This document shows positions 1 to 12,380 of a DNA stretch of 64,000 nucleotides, piece after piece. The DNA is from Octopus bimaculoides (lineage: Eukaryota): the NCBI RefSeq assembly GCF_001194135.2, contig NC_068992.1:60441713-60505712 (forward strand). The letters run 5' to 3'. A model generated the notes under the pieces. It was not told the origin of the DNA. It did not search any database and saw only the letters and a list, made by a program, of their open reading frames with translations. Numbering within the stretch: the first letter of the stretch is position 1; the number at the start of each line of letters is the position of its first letter. A program made the position numbers and the translations under genes.

Positions 1-640
1 CTTGGCTACTATGGCAGGGCAGATGGAAGGAAACCTCTATGTATCCAAAGAAGAATTTAGTGGGCAAATGAGATGGCTTCAAGGAAACCACCATATTCTT
101 GGGCGATTCAAGATTTGCCCAATTTTCTGACAGTGGATGTGTGTGGGTCTTAATCTATTTAAGCTAAGGGGGGGGGGTCCAGTGTTGATGTATGGAGCTA
201 TCTCGAGCGCTGGTCATTCAGACCTCGTGGAATATATTGGCAACATAGACTCAGAAAAGTGCATCTCTATCCTTCGGAAAGGACTCCCAAGTTTCTGCAG
301 TGATCAGGACAATCGGCTGCCTGGAGAAAAACAGAATCAGAAGAGTCTTTTGGCCAAGGAAGTTGGCTGACATGAAATCCTTTAAACACATTCGAGTTGT
401 TCTTGTCATAGTAGCGAAAAACCATGGAAATCTATGTCAAGTGTAGATTTGTTCAAATTGTTGTGCGCAGCCTTGACAGAAATTCAACATACTTTCAGAA
501 TACTTGACAGAAATTCCACATACTTTCAGAATACTCGACAGAAATTCCACATCAGTTCTGAATTCACTGATACCGATACCTAAAGGGGTTCAATCAAAAA
601 AGCTGCGCAAGACAAGTCTGTGCTATGTTTGTCAATGCAT
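1..640 (+). pseudogene. Tc1-family (DD34E) transposase remnant with stops and frameshifts
   Basis: Translates across frames to FSDSG (~FSDES), GGGPVLMYGAISSAG..LVEYIGNIDSEKCISILRKGL (~GGGSVMVWGCFS..G..L....MNAEKY..IL), DQDNRLP (~QQDNAPCH), PLNTFELF (~DLNPIENLW) and KGVQSK (~KGG.TKY), in the correct order. Confidence 0.8.
473..553 (+). repeat. 31-bp tandem repeat, ~2.6 copies, inside the Tc1 remnant
   Basis: Unit ttgacagaaattc(a/c)acatactttcagaatac starts at 473, 504 and 535. Confidence 0.85.
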
Positions 641-2419
641 CAAATTAACATTATTTTGATTCTGGAAATAGTCTTTGAAGCATGATGCTTAAAGATGCGG
701 TGCGTAGAGCAAAAGCGAAGGGTAGGGAGGAAAAGCAACAGAAAGGTAAGATGATAAGAGAAGAAAGAAAGACAGAAAGATGAGAGAGAAAAAGAGAGAA
801 AAAGAGCTACATAACACGAGAGAGAGAGAGTGAGAGAGAGAGCGCGAGGAAAAGAGAGAGAGAAAGAGGGATGCAGCAAGAAATAGAGAGAGCGAGAGAG
901 ACACAGAGAGAGAAACAGACAGCAAGAAATAGAGAGTGTGAAGTCGTTCCGGATATCACCCACCGCATGGAGTGCCGCTAAATGTGGGGACAAAACAGGT
1001 GCTAATAAATAGTTTGGTATTAACTGTCGGAAAAAAGAGTGCTCAATACTATGACAGTGATTAATGATATTTTATTTTTGTCGAATCAGCAATGTCTTGC
1101 TACTCTGTGTTTCACCATAAGGTACATAGGATCTTCAGGCAAGTTATGACTGGATAATTGATGGTGTGGTTAGTACATTTATATATATATATATATATAT
1201 ATATATNNNNNNNNNNNNNNNNNNNNNNNNNNNNNNNNNNNNNNNNNNNNNNNNNNNNNNNNNNNNNNNNNNNNNNNNNNNNNNNNNNNNNNNNNNNNNN
1301 NNNNNNNNNNNNNNNNNNNNNNNNNNNNNNNNNNNNNNNNNNNNNNNNNNNNNNNNNNNNNNNNNNNNNNNNNNNNNNNNNNNNNNNNNNNNNNNNNNNN
1401 NNNNNNNNNNNNNNNNNNNNNNNNNNNNNNNNNNNNNNNNNNNNNNNNNNNNNNNNNNNNNNNNNNNNNNNNNNNNNNNNNNNNNTTTTCCCTTTCAACA
1501 TCCTTACATTTCCATGTACCCCGTTATTTTCCCATAATCTTTTACAGCTACATTTTTCTAACCAGTTTTGCGAATCATTTTTCCTATTATTTTTTTTCAA
1601 CATTTTCCTTACAATGTCATTTTTATCTCCACCGATATTCTTAATTTCTTTTCCCTTTTCCCCATTATTCTTATTTTATACATTTTATTCTACTTTATTC
1701 CATTTGAACTTGTGATCATTCTTCTAAACCAGTATCTCAGTTGGGTTTTCTATCCGTTTTAATTACCATGTTTTTCAGTAACCTCCAATACATTATTCAC
1801 CCCACTCTGCATCTTCATTCACCCCTAAAATGATTTATATTGTTTTTATATTTTGTTTACCCTTTTGCCATTTTGTCCATCCCTTTAATTCAGCATCCCT
1901 GTCGTTTTAACTCATGCTATTTCTATTTGTCATTCATTCCAGCTAAGAGTTCATTATCTGCTTTTCCAAACTCTACGCCTCAAACACCTTTTTCCTCTTT
2001 CTCAATTACTTTCTTTCCCTTTTCACTTCTCTCTCTACCCTTTTTCTTTTGCTTTCTACCTTTTCCTTTTCTTTTTCCTTTGTATCCTTTTCTTTCTTTC
2101 ATACTCCTTTCCCTTGTTTCCCTCTTTCTTTTTCCCCTCTTCCTTTTCCTGATTTCTTCCGTTTTCTCGGTTTTATTTTTCTTTTGATTTTTTTTCTATT
2201 ACTCTCTTTCCATCTCAACTTCTCCCTACCTCTTCCTTCCTTCCCGCTTGTTTTCCTCCTATTTCCTGTCCTTTATGATACTTTCTCCCCACCATCACTC
2301 CATATGGCTAGAAAACTCTATATGTAAATGTGCAAACCTCATCAATTTTCTAGTCACACCTTGCCTGAACAGCCTGTGTACTTACAGGTGAAATTCAAAA
2401 CTAAAAATGATACTGACTT

Positions 2420-2990
2420 GATAAAAACGCCAAAAGTTTTGCAATATTTTGGTAACTTATTTGCTTCATTCGTCAACTACAACAGAAGCAGCCTACCATT
2501 TAAACTAGAGGTCACCATGAGAAACCGTCTCGAGCCACATTTCATAAAGTGAACCATAGACCGGAACAAGTAATAATCCGAGGAACATATTTTTCTGCAA
2601 TTTCAACGTGCATAAGCAGTGATTGTGCAAGTGGCAGCTTCCGGAATCTGTCGCCAAACATGGGTGTTTCGTACCCAATGTGATGCTCAGCATCGGGTGG
2701 AATTATGAGGGGGTAATACAGTAAGAACTCAATCCAGGCGGTCGAACCACTCGCGCTATTCCTTTACGCCGAACAGTTGGAGCGGATGTATGCCTTCGTG
2801 CCACAAAATACTTGCCACTGATTAACAGAAATCGAGCGCTTCCGCTGCTAGACCTCATACGATTCAAACGGCCGGGAAGACGCTACTGAAATTCGAGGGA
2901 ATCGAATTGATGTCATATACAAAATATAGCCGGACCGTGCTCCCTTATTCCGGTCCATAGCTCACTTCCTGCTCCCGAGACGCTTCTGGA
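2420..2990 (+). pseudogene. mariner (DD34D) transposase pseudogene, internally deleted and rearranged
   Basis: PNVMLSIGWNYEGVIQ*EL, LYAEQLERMYA, LINRNRALPLLD, EGIELM..YS and LFRSIAHFL match mariner catalytic-domain motifs. aaaagttttgcaatattttggtaa near 2433 resembles the terminal repeat of the copy at 31991. Confidence 0.85.
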
Positions 2991-2993
2991 GTT

Positions 2994-3330
2994 CATATTC
3001 GGTAAAGATCGCTTATTGACGTGTTTTGTTCCATTTTTTCTTTGACAAGATGATTGCATTGTTTTACATCATTTTTATTCCCTCCCGAATAATCTCAATA
3101 CTTTTTTCGAAACATATGTTGGAAGTATAAATGATTTGAATAACACTCGCGCTTGACTTCATTTCTTGATTTATCTATGTTATACAAAAACAATTCACTT
3201 AACATTGGAATTTCTATTTTTATAAGTAGGCTGTAATATCTTTGGCATTTATGGGAATTTTTGCTACCCTGGTAACTATTTATTTATTTTTTGCTTGTTA
3301 TGTACACATTGAAAAAATAAACATACATTT
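2994..3330 (+). repeat. unclassified ~340-bp dispersed repeat, copy 1
   Basis: Co-linear with the reverse complement of 8978-9311 (shared gatgatt.cattgttttacatcatttttattc and gaatttttgctaccctggtaactatttatttatttttt). Confidence 0.8.
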
Positions 3331-3335
3331 ATATA

Positions 3336-3379
<44 letters not shown>

Positions 3380-3380
<1 letters not shown>

Positions 3381-3565
3381 GGGAGAATATACAAAAAATA
3401 ACAACAGACGAGGACAGGTGGTGTAAATAACAAAAGTATATATTAGTATGACGCTCGGGAATACGGAAAGTCTTTGACGTTTCGAGCTACGCTCTTCAAC
3501 AGAAAGAATACGGAGACAAGGAGAAAAACACGGAGAAAAAAATTGAATAGTGTTCAGTCAACGGT
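3380..3565 (-). mobile_element. Penelope-like (PLE-type) terminal repeat fragment carrying a minimal hammerhead-like motif
   Basis: Contains gacgtttcgagctacgctcttcaacag, whose reverse complement is a type I HHR-like fold. It sits directly against an (AT)n run. The PLE assignment is by analogy. Confidence 0.5.
3471..3507 (-). ncRNA. minimal type I hammerhead-like motif with variant core CUGUUGA(A)
   Basis: Minus strand: UCUUU-CUGUUGA-A-GAGC-GUA-GCUC-GAA-ACGU-C-AAAGA. This gives a 5-bp stem I, a 4-bp stem II, a palindromic ACGU stem III and a GUC site. The core deviates from canonical (A6>U plus an extra A). Confidence 0.45.
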
Positions 3566-3568
3566 CAA

Positions 3569-3599
<31 letters not shown>

Positions 3600-3651
3600 T
3601 ACTTGAATGTATGCATGGATGGATGTATTATGTACGTATGTATGTATATAT

Positions 3652-3745
3652 GTCATTATTCAGTTTATTTCAAGATTTCTTGCCAATAGAGAAAGAACCG
3701 GTTTCTAACCTAGATCCAAGTTCCCTCCATTGGAATTTCTACATC
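3652..3745 (+). repeat. dispersed repeat; second copy inverted at ~59513-59608
   Basis: tcattattcagtttatttcaagatttcttgccaatagagaaagaaccggtttctaacctagatccaag... matches the reverse complement of 59513-59608. Confidence 0.8.
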
Positions 3746-4323
3746 AACAACAGGGTATTTTTGCTTGTATGTATGTATGTATGTATGTATGTATGTATGT
3801 ATGTATGTTTGAATGCATGTACTTGGATGCTTAGGGTGTGTGTTTACGGAGTTTGTTTCGCCATTCATGCAGGTGATCTGATGTGGAACAGTTCCTTTCA
3901 ACCTTTACTACTCATCGTCATTCTCCTGTTACCGATATTCTGCCAACCCACCCCTCCTCCACTCCCCGCGTGGCGGGCCATTGAAACAAAATTACATTCA
4001 CAACTTTCCAATCTGATTTCAAAAGCAAAGCACATCAATATACTGAAGGTCTTGCTTTTCAAAGGTTTAACTAGAACCTTGAGATCTCCAGGCACCATTC
4101 CCATTCCCCCATACACTCTCATCGATGACGCCACAAAGATAAAAGAAAAGACTTACTTCCACGAAGCTACAAGGCACAAGAAAAAATCTCTCTCTATTAT
4201 CTGAGATTAATACTTTCTTTAGTATTCACGATAGTTTAACGTGCCATTGCAATATTCTGGCTACCTGAAAGTCTAACCTATAACTCGTTCTGTAACCTTT
4301 GTTATCCTTGTCTTACTTTTCCG

Positions 4324-4359
<36 letters not shown>

Positions 4360-4371
4360 ACATCATCATCG

Positions 4372-4406
<35 letters not shown>

Positions 4407-4415
4407 GTCATCATC
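4324..4415. repeat. (ATC)n microsatellite
   Basis: Direct reading. Confidence 0.95.
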
Positions 4416-6473
4416 AACCGCGACATATATTCTCTATTTCACCATTATGCAACTTATTCTTGTTGCTATAGTGCTTTTTCTTTTTTTATTTTTACCTTTC
4501 CTCTGGTTCTTCCTATACTTTATTATTTTTCCTCTTCCTACATATATTGATTCATAAAAATCCATGCATAAACACATAAGTATTACGTATCTGCACATAC
4601 ACACACAAACACACACGGATACACACACAAACACACACGCAAACACACTCACACATTTATTTACACACATTCAATACATATATAGATACGGACTCATACA
4701 AAATGGAGCGCAAATATTATATAAATATTACTAAAAATACAACTATATATGAATATAAACACACACTCAAGCGTTCAGAGATATATGGATACATCCTTCT
4801 TCCTCCACCTCCTTCTTCTCCTCCTGCTACTACTCATGATGATGATGATGATGAACTCTTTCTACTTCTCCTTTGCCTTCTATTCCCTTCTTCCTTCTTC
4901 GTTTTACTTCATTCTGCGCCTCCTCCATTCCTCCATTTTGCTTTCCTTTTTAACTTCCCCCAACACATCTCCTCCCTTCCAATTCCGTTCCATCCACACA
5001 TCTTCAGCTTCCCAACCTCCTTAACCTGCCCACCCTGTTCATTACCATTAACGTACAAGAACAATAACAACAACAACACAACGAAGAACAGAAACAAAGG
5101 TGAGAGAAAACCGCGATAAAAGAGATAAGGCCACCTGTGCAGGCAAGGAGCATCATGGGTAACTTTTTAATAGGAAATAGATTTAAAGATTTTCCAGGAT
5201 TGTCGCCATAACTTCACTAATACAGCCATTAATCTCACGTAAAAACTGCCTACCTCCTTGGCCTCTTGTTGCTATGTATACTTGTCTTTTCTCATCTGTA
5301 TATTTTAGATGTGTTCTTTAATCTCTTAAGTATTTTATATTTCCATAAAACGGCTTGGACTCTTCTAATTTTCTTTTCATTTTTATTGGGAGACATTTTG
5401 TTTTTTGTTGTTTAATTTGTAATATGTTTTGACTAACACATATTGAGAGGAATATGAAAATATGTAGTCATGCGTACACACACGCACCCGAACGTGAAAA
5501 TATATGTATATCCAGCTATCTTCCTATACACATAAGCACACCCACACATATAAAAGTATACAGACATACACAATAACGATTATATTTATAAATACAAATA
5601 TGCGCACGCATATATGTACATACGCACACACATACACACATATGTATGTATATATATATATATATATATATAGATAGATAGATAGATAGATAGATACATA
5701 CATACATACATACATACGCACAACCATACGTATATATTCATATATNNNNNNNNNNNNNNNNNNNNNNNNNNNNNNNNNNNNNNNNNNNNNNNNNNNNNNN
5801 NNNNNNNNNNNNNNNNNNNNNNNNNNNNNNNNNNNNNNNNNNNNNNNNNNNNNNNNNNNNNNNNNNNNNNNNNNNNNNNNNNNNNNNNNNNNNNNNNNNN
5901 NNNNNNNNNNNNNNNNNNNNNNNNNNNNNNNNNNNNNNNNNNNNNNNNNNNNNNNNNNNNNNNNNNNNNNNNNNNNNNNNNNNNNNNNNNNNNNNNNNNN
6001 NNNNNNNNNNNNNNNNNNNNNNNNNNNNNNNNNNNNNNNNNNNNNNNNNNNNNNNNNNNNNNNNNNNNNNNNNNNNNNNNNNNNNNNNNNNNNNNNNNNN
6101 NNNNNNNNNNNNNNNNNNNNNNNNNNNNNNNNNNNNNNNNNNNNNNNNNNNNNNNNNNNNNNNNNNNNNNNNNNNNNNNNNNNNNNNNNNNNNNNNNNNN
6201 NNNNNNNNNNNNNNNNNNNTATATATATATATATATATATATGAGTGTGTGTGTTTATATATACAAATACAGACAAAAACAGATAAATATCTGCATGTAT
6301 GTAGATATCCTAGCAATTTGACTTTAGTAATACATTATCTACCCCCATATTACAACCAGCCACCTTCAGTAACACACGCGCATACATACAGACATAGGCA
6401 CACACGTTCACCCACCCCTACACACACATGCACCCTTCTTCACACGAACAAACACACACACACACAAACACGC

Positions 6474-6516
<43 letters not shown>

Positions 6517-7063
6517 GCCAAATAATTTATCTGACGTCTTCCAACCTTTTGTAAGCCTCATTGCGTTATGTAGTCTTTCACACGTCAATGCAATCGCTAA
6601 CCTTTGCACTACTTGATGCGTAGGTTAAAGGTTCGCGGGAAAAATTACCTCTTGTTTTACATCATCGCGTATTCCACCACACGTTTACACTTAAGAAATT
6701 AGATTAATAAGTTAATACTTGTCGTATGTGTGCTCTACACTCTTTCTTTCACATTTCTGGGTTTTTTTTTTTTTTCGCTTTCTACTTTTATATTTTCTTT
6801 TTAAGAATACGTCTAGCTTGGAATATCGCAGCTTTGCTATATAAATTTGATAAATGAATAACCATGACTATAAGAATTCGTTCTTACGTTTTAACAGCAT
6901 CTTTGCAATTTCACTTTCATGGTGAAAGTGGTAAACTGGTTAGAGCTTAGGCTATAATAGCTTGCGATATTTCTTCCGAGACTTTGCATTCTTAGTTCAA
7001 ATTTCGCCAATACCATCTTCGTCTTTTGCTATTGCCAAGATCAATAAATAATCCATTCTACAG

Positions 7064-7259
7064 CAGTTACAAGGCTTGAAACTACGTGGGGTGGAGACAG
7101 TAGGCTAGTCGATTGTATCGTCTCCAGGGCTCAAATGGTACTCATTTTATCGACCCCGAAATGATAAAAGGGTGACCTCTGTAGAATTTGAACTCAGAGC
7201 GTAAATGCCGCTAGCATTTTTGTCTACCGTGCTAACCATTCTGACAGTTCGCTTTCTTA
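7064..7259 (-). mobile_element. tRNA-derived SINE, family A, diverged copy
   Basis: Reverse complement matches the family A copy at 35043-35297 (gaatttgaactcaga B-box; ggtact.attttatcgaccccgaa). Confidence 0.75.
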
Positions 7260-8366
7260 CGGGTCAATACATAACATAAAAAAGGAAAAAGACAGTACCA
7301 ATTCCTTGTAGAGCGCAGTCGGATCTGTAAGAATTGGATGTCTTCCTCCATTTGCTTAAGATCTTTGAGTTATGGGTTCAAATCCTACCATGTCCTCCGT
7401 CACTAAGTTTTAACAATACCACCTGGCATCGTCAATAACCTTTCCTGACTTCATTCTGTTGCTAGGCCCCGGATTACAGGTACAGTTCTCACTCCTTTCT
7501 CTTTCCCTTCCACCAGTCATCGAGACTCTGCTAAGAGTGATAGGAGCTTCCTCTTACCTTGATTAAAAGATGAAAAATAAAAGCAACAAAAAGAAACAAT
7601 ATGGTAGGTGCTAAAGTATTTAGTGTATAGGGCCAATACATTTTTAATTATGCATTGAAAATAGCATTAGTTTAATTATAAATTCCTGGACCGAGCAACG
7701 CATTGTATATTTTAGCAAGGAGCTTCATTTGACTCTTTTCCAATCTATGATATTGAAAATAATAACCAACTCACTCACCGTTCACCAACCACATCATCGA
7801 TATTTCGCAAGGGAAAATATGTGGCGGGACAAGAGAGTATATCACTGTATCCGTGTCAACCCGTGACTACATATGCATCTAAAATAATTAGCGACAGCGT
7901 GCTAGGAATCTACTCCAAGCCATCACTCGCAAGCGAGTGATGGACATAGTTTATATGATAGCATGGCTAATCATTGGCACAAACCTGTATAATAAACCAG
8001 CAATTACCTCTGAAAACACAATCATTGTGTACGCATAGGAAAAATGACTCTACAGAGTGATTTTAGACCAAAAGGTTACATCTGTTATACATGATGTCAT
8101 TTTCAGACGTTTACTGTCTGAAAGAACTTGGATGAAACTTCTATAATTGTCTGACGTGAAATTCTAATAGCCTGTCATATTGATAACAGTCCAGACTGCG
8201 ATATATTACATTCTGGCATCTTGCATTATTCCTCTACTTCTATATTTCAAAAGAGTTGTAACAACTACTTGCTATATGTTATTTAGTTTCAACAATTAGT
8301 TAGAGAGCTGGCATATGAAATACCAAGTTATATCTCTTTCTTATTTGCTTATTTATGAATGTGTGC

Positions 8367-8409
<43 letters not shown>

Positions 8410-8934
8410 NNNNNNNNNNNNNNNNNNNNNNNNNNNNNNNNNNNNNNNNNNNNNNNNNNNNNNNNNNNNNNNNNNNNNNNNNNNNNNNNNNNNNNNNNNN
8501 NNNNNNNNNNNNNNNNNNNNNNNNNNNNNNNNNNNNNNNNNNNNNNNNNNNNNNNNNNNNNNNNNNNNNNNNNNNNNNNNNNNNNNNNNNNNNNNNNNNN
8601 NNNNNNNNNNNNNNNNNNNNNNNNNNNNNNNNNNNNNNNNNNNNNNNNNNNNNNNNNNNNNNNNNNNNNNNNNNNNNNNNNNNNNNNNNNNNNNNNNNNN
8701 NNNNNNNNNNNNNNNNNNNNNNNNNNNNNNNNNNNNNNNNNNNNNNNNNNNNNNNNNNNNNNNNNNNNNNNNNNNNNNNNNNNNNNNNNNNNNNNNNNNN
8801 NNNNNNNNNNNNNNNNNNNNNNNNNNNNNNNNNNNNNNNNNNNNNNNNNNNNNNNNNNNNNNNNNNNNNNNNNNNNNNNNNNNNNNNNNNNNNNNNNNNN
8901 NNNNNNNNNNNNNNNNNNNNNNNNNNNNNNNNNN

Positions 8935-8977
<43 letters not shown>

Positions 8978-9311
8978 ATGTGTATTTTTTCAGTGTGTAC
9001 AAATAACATGGAAAAAATAAATAAATAGTTACCAGGGTAGCAAAAATTCGAATAGGTGCCAAGGACATTACAGCCTACGTATAAAGGTACCAATTCCAGG
9101 GTTTGCTGAAATGGTTTTGAATAACATAGATAAATTAAGAAGTGGACTTTAACGCAGGTATTATTCAAATCTATATACTTTCGACATATATTCCGAAGAA
9201 AACATTGGTATTATTCCCGAGAGAATAAAATGATGTAAAACAATGTAATCATCTCGTCAGGGAAAAAAAGTGTAGCAAAACACATCAATAGGCCATTTTA
9301 ACCGAATATGA
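8978..9311 (-). repeat. unclassified ~340-bp dispersed repeat, copy 2
   Basis: Inverted copy of 2994-3330. Confidence 0.8.
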
Positions 9312-9856
9312 TTACCGCGTATATGATGAAGGGAACGCTGGCAACTAATTTTTTAAAACATCATTAATAGATTAAACGTCAAAGGCAACTTAGAGAGAGA
9401 GAAGGAGGAGGAGAGAGCAAGAAATTAACAGAAAATTAGGAGTGCAGAAATATAGTGCGATAGATGAGTGGAAATAAAACAAAAAGGCGTGTAAATAGAT
9501 ATGTGTAGTGGAAATGATATGTAAGAAGACAGTTAAAAGTCGAATTTTATAGATTGGTAGAAATTACTTATAAGAACAGAAAGGTATGTTTTTAATGTTT
9601 GCAACGATAAACGCGTTCATTAAACGTGTTTACAAGAGAATTCTCCGAGAACATAATGAGATACTATTCACCATTAAAGAGCCGACGTAACCTTTTTCAT
9701 ATGGAAAGGATCTAGCAAGAATTTTCCATTCCAAATCAAATTGTTTATTATTTATTAGCTTTATGGCGTATCGTCAGATCCCAAGATCTGTTGACCCAAG
9801 ACCTCTTAAAAGTACCTCACTTCTCAAAGGCAAGAATTGGGGATTATCTCCCTTTA

Positions 9857-9892
9857 CTATTGGTTATCGACTTCCGGCTGTGCCGCCATCTT
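9857..9892. promoter_or_regulatory. candidate CCAAT + ETS + YY1 motif cluster
   Basis: attgg at 9859-9863, acttccgg at 9870-9877 and gccgccatctt at 9882-9892. No functional evidence. Confidence 0.3.
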
Positions 9893-11140
9893 GTGGGCTC
9901 CAAATAGCTAGCAGGAACCTCCTAAAATGGAAGCATGACATTGAAATCTCCGTTCCGGAGTTAAGGATGTTCCTCAACTATANNNNNNNNNNNNNNNNNN
10001 NNNNNNNNNNNNNNNNNNNNNNNNNNNNNNNNNNNNNNNNNNNNNNNNNNNNNNNNNNNNNNNNNNNNNNNNNNNNNNNNNNNNNNNNNNNNNNNNNNNN
10101 NNNNNNNNNNNNNNNNNNNNNNNNNNNNNNNNNNNNNNNNNNNNNNNNNNNNNNNNNNNNNNNNNNNNNNNNNNNNNNNNNNNNNNNNNNNNNNNNNNNN
10201 NNNNNNNNNNNNNNNNNNNNNNNNNNNNNNNNNNNNNNNNNNNNNNNNNNNNNNNNNNNNNNNNNNNNNNNNNNNNNNNNNNNNNNNNNNNNNNNNNNNN
10301 NNNNNNNNNNNNNNNNNNNNNNNNNNNNNNNNNNNNNNNNNNNNNNNNNNNNNNNNNNNNNNNNNNNNNNNNNNNNNNNNNNNNNNNNNNNNNNNNNNNN
10401 NNNNNNNNNNNNNNNNNNNNNNNNNNNNNNNNNNNNNNNNNNNNNNNNNNNNNNNNNNNNNNNNNNNNNNNNNNNNNNNNNNNNNNNNNNNNNNNNNNNN
10501 NNNNNNNNNNNNNNNNNNNNNNNNNNNNNNNNNNNNNNNNNNNNNNNNNNNNNNNNNNNNNNNNNNNNNNNNNNNNNNNNNNNNNNNNNNNNNNNNNNNN
10601 NNNNNNNNNNNNNNNNNNNNNNNNNNNNNNNNNNNNNNNNNNNNNNNNNNNNNNNNNNNNNNNNNNNNNNNNNNNNNNNNNNNNNNNNNNNNNNNNNNNN
10701 NNNNNNNNNNNNNNNNNNNNNNNNNNNNNNNNNNNNNNNNNNNNNNNNNNNNNNNNNNNNNNNNNNNNNNNNNNNNNNNNNNNNNNNNNNNNNNNNNNNN
10801 NNNNNNNNNNNNNNNNNNNNNNNNNNNNNNNNNNNNNNNNNNNNNNNNNNNNNNNNNNNNNNNNNNNNNNNNNNNNNNNNNNNNNNNNNNNNNNNNNNNN
10901 NNNNNNNNNNNNNNNNNNNNNNNNNNNNNNNNNNNNTATACATACATACGTATATATATTACTTTTCAATATTTATATACGTATGTGTGTTTATAAAGGG
11001 AAAAAGTGTGTGAGAAAGAGAGAGAGAGAGAGAGAGAGAAAACGGAAGTCCTAAGTGATTTGGCTTTAAGAAATCTTGATATCTATATATCTATATACCA
11101 CGCACACATCCACGCACACATACACAGATGAACACAAACA

Positions 11141-11209
11141 CGCCAAGAATTGAACTCACGACCTTATGGTCGTGAGCCGATATCTCTAACCACTTAGCCA
11201 CGCGCCTTC
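11141..11209 (-). mobile_element. tRNA-derived SINE head, family C
   Basis: Reverse complement gaaggcgcgtggctaagtggttagag...cgtgagttcaattc has A and B boxes and matches 17372 onward. Confidence 0.75.
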
Positions 11210-12251
11210 ACACACATACACACACATACACACACACATATGCACACACGCACGCACTCACATGTATATATTCATATCTACCTATGGTTATGTGTATATG
11301 TGCATGTATGTCTGTCTTTATATCTTTATATAGCAAGACTAAAAGGTTCCCAGTATAGATTTAAGACAAGTGCTTCAGAGTTATAGAGTTATATCTCAGA
11401 ATTATTGCACGGCTGAAACGTTACATTTTCTGTAATATAACAATAGTACAATATTATATATTTTCTTAATAGTTCTCCAAATAGTATTCATGTATACTTC
11501 ACGGATGAGTTTTTCCATGATACCAAATCATATCAGATGTCTTATAACTGTATCTAGTTAACATACTGAATGATTCTTGCACTAAATATGTTAAATTTAA
11601 ACCAGCTTTAATTATGACATATATACTTTGCGGATGAGACCTGTAACATGTCTGCAGTTTTCTCCCGTATTTCCCCCCATAAGTAAAGTATTATTAGCTA
11701 TTGACTTCAAAGTATAATTGAATCTACTTAACATTCTGAATGTTTCCAGAATTAAATATGATAAATTTAATCCATCTCTAATTACTACAGCTTTGGCCAC
11801 ATTTCTATTTCCATATTAAATCGACCAACATACTTGAATGTTACATATTTTATCGATCCTACTATTATCACAGATAACGGTGCCATTGCCTGGATTTGAA
11901 ACAGATCACAAAAGGCCGTATCTAAATAATATTAGTGAGCAATTGGTCCGATACTTTACATATTCTGACATCAACCGCCCACACATATTTCTTTGTATTA
12001 ATGAAAAAGTAAGATACAAGTTCAGGATCGAGTTATGTTTCTTTTACTATAAACTATAGTCCCTGCACTACGTGGTTCAGAACGTTGCGATAGTGGCTAA
12101 CAGCTCTAGTTCAGAGGATCAACGAAGATATATATCATTGACTGCGGGAATAATAACTGAAGCAAAGCCGAGAATATTTAACTGAAATAGTTATTGCCAG
12201 ACATGAAGATATTTCGTGTGGGCTATTTTCAATGCAGACAGGGAGAGAGAG

Positions 12252-12380
12252 AGAATGGCTGCTTGAATCTCTAAGATTGATGAAATTGATGCACACACCT
12301 CTGATGAGACGTCAATAAGGTTCGAAAATCGAATAGGGCTGTTCATCGGATTTTTCAATCAACGAAGAAATAGCTAAAGT
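12252..12380 (+). repeat. left arm of a 129-bp inverted repeat, with an HHR-like core
   Basis: 6 mismatches in 129 bp against the reverse complement of 13950-14078. Contains ctgatga (12301-12307) and gaaa (12324-12327). Confidence 0.9.

Noticed and set aside
3611-4204. 197-aa ORF
   Set aside because: It is stitched together from (ATGT)n microsatellites and a dispersed repeat, and has no recognisable motif.
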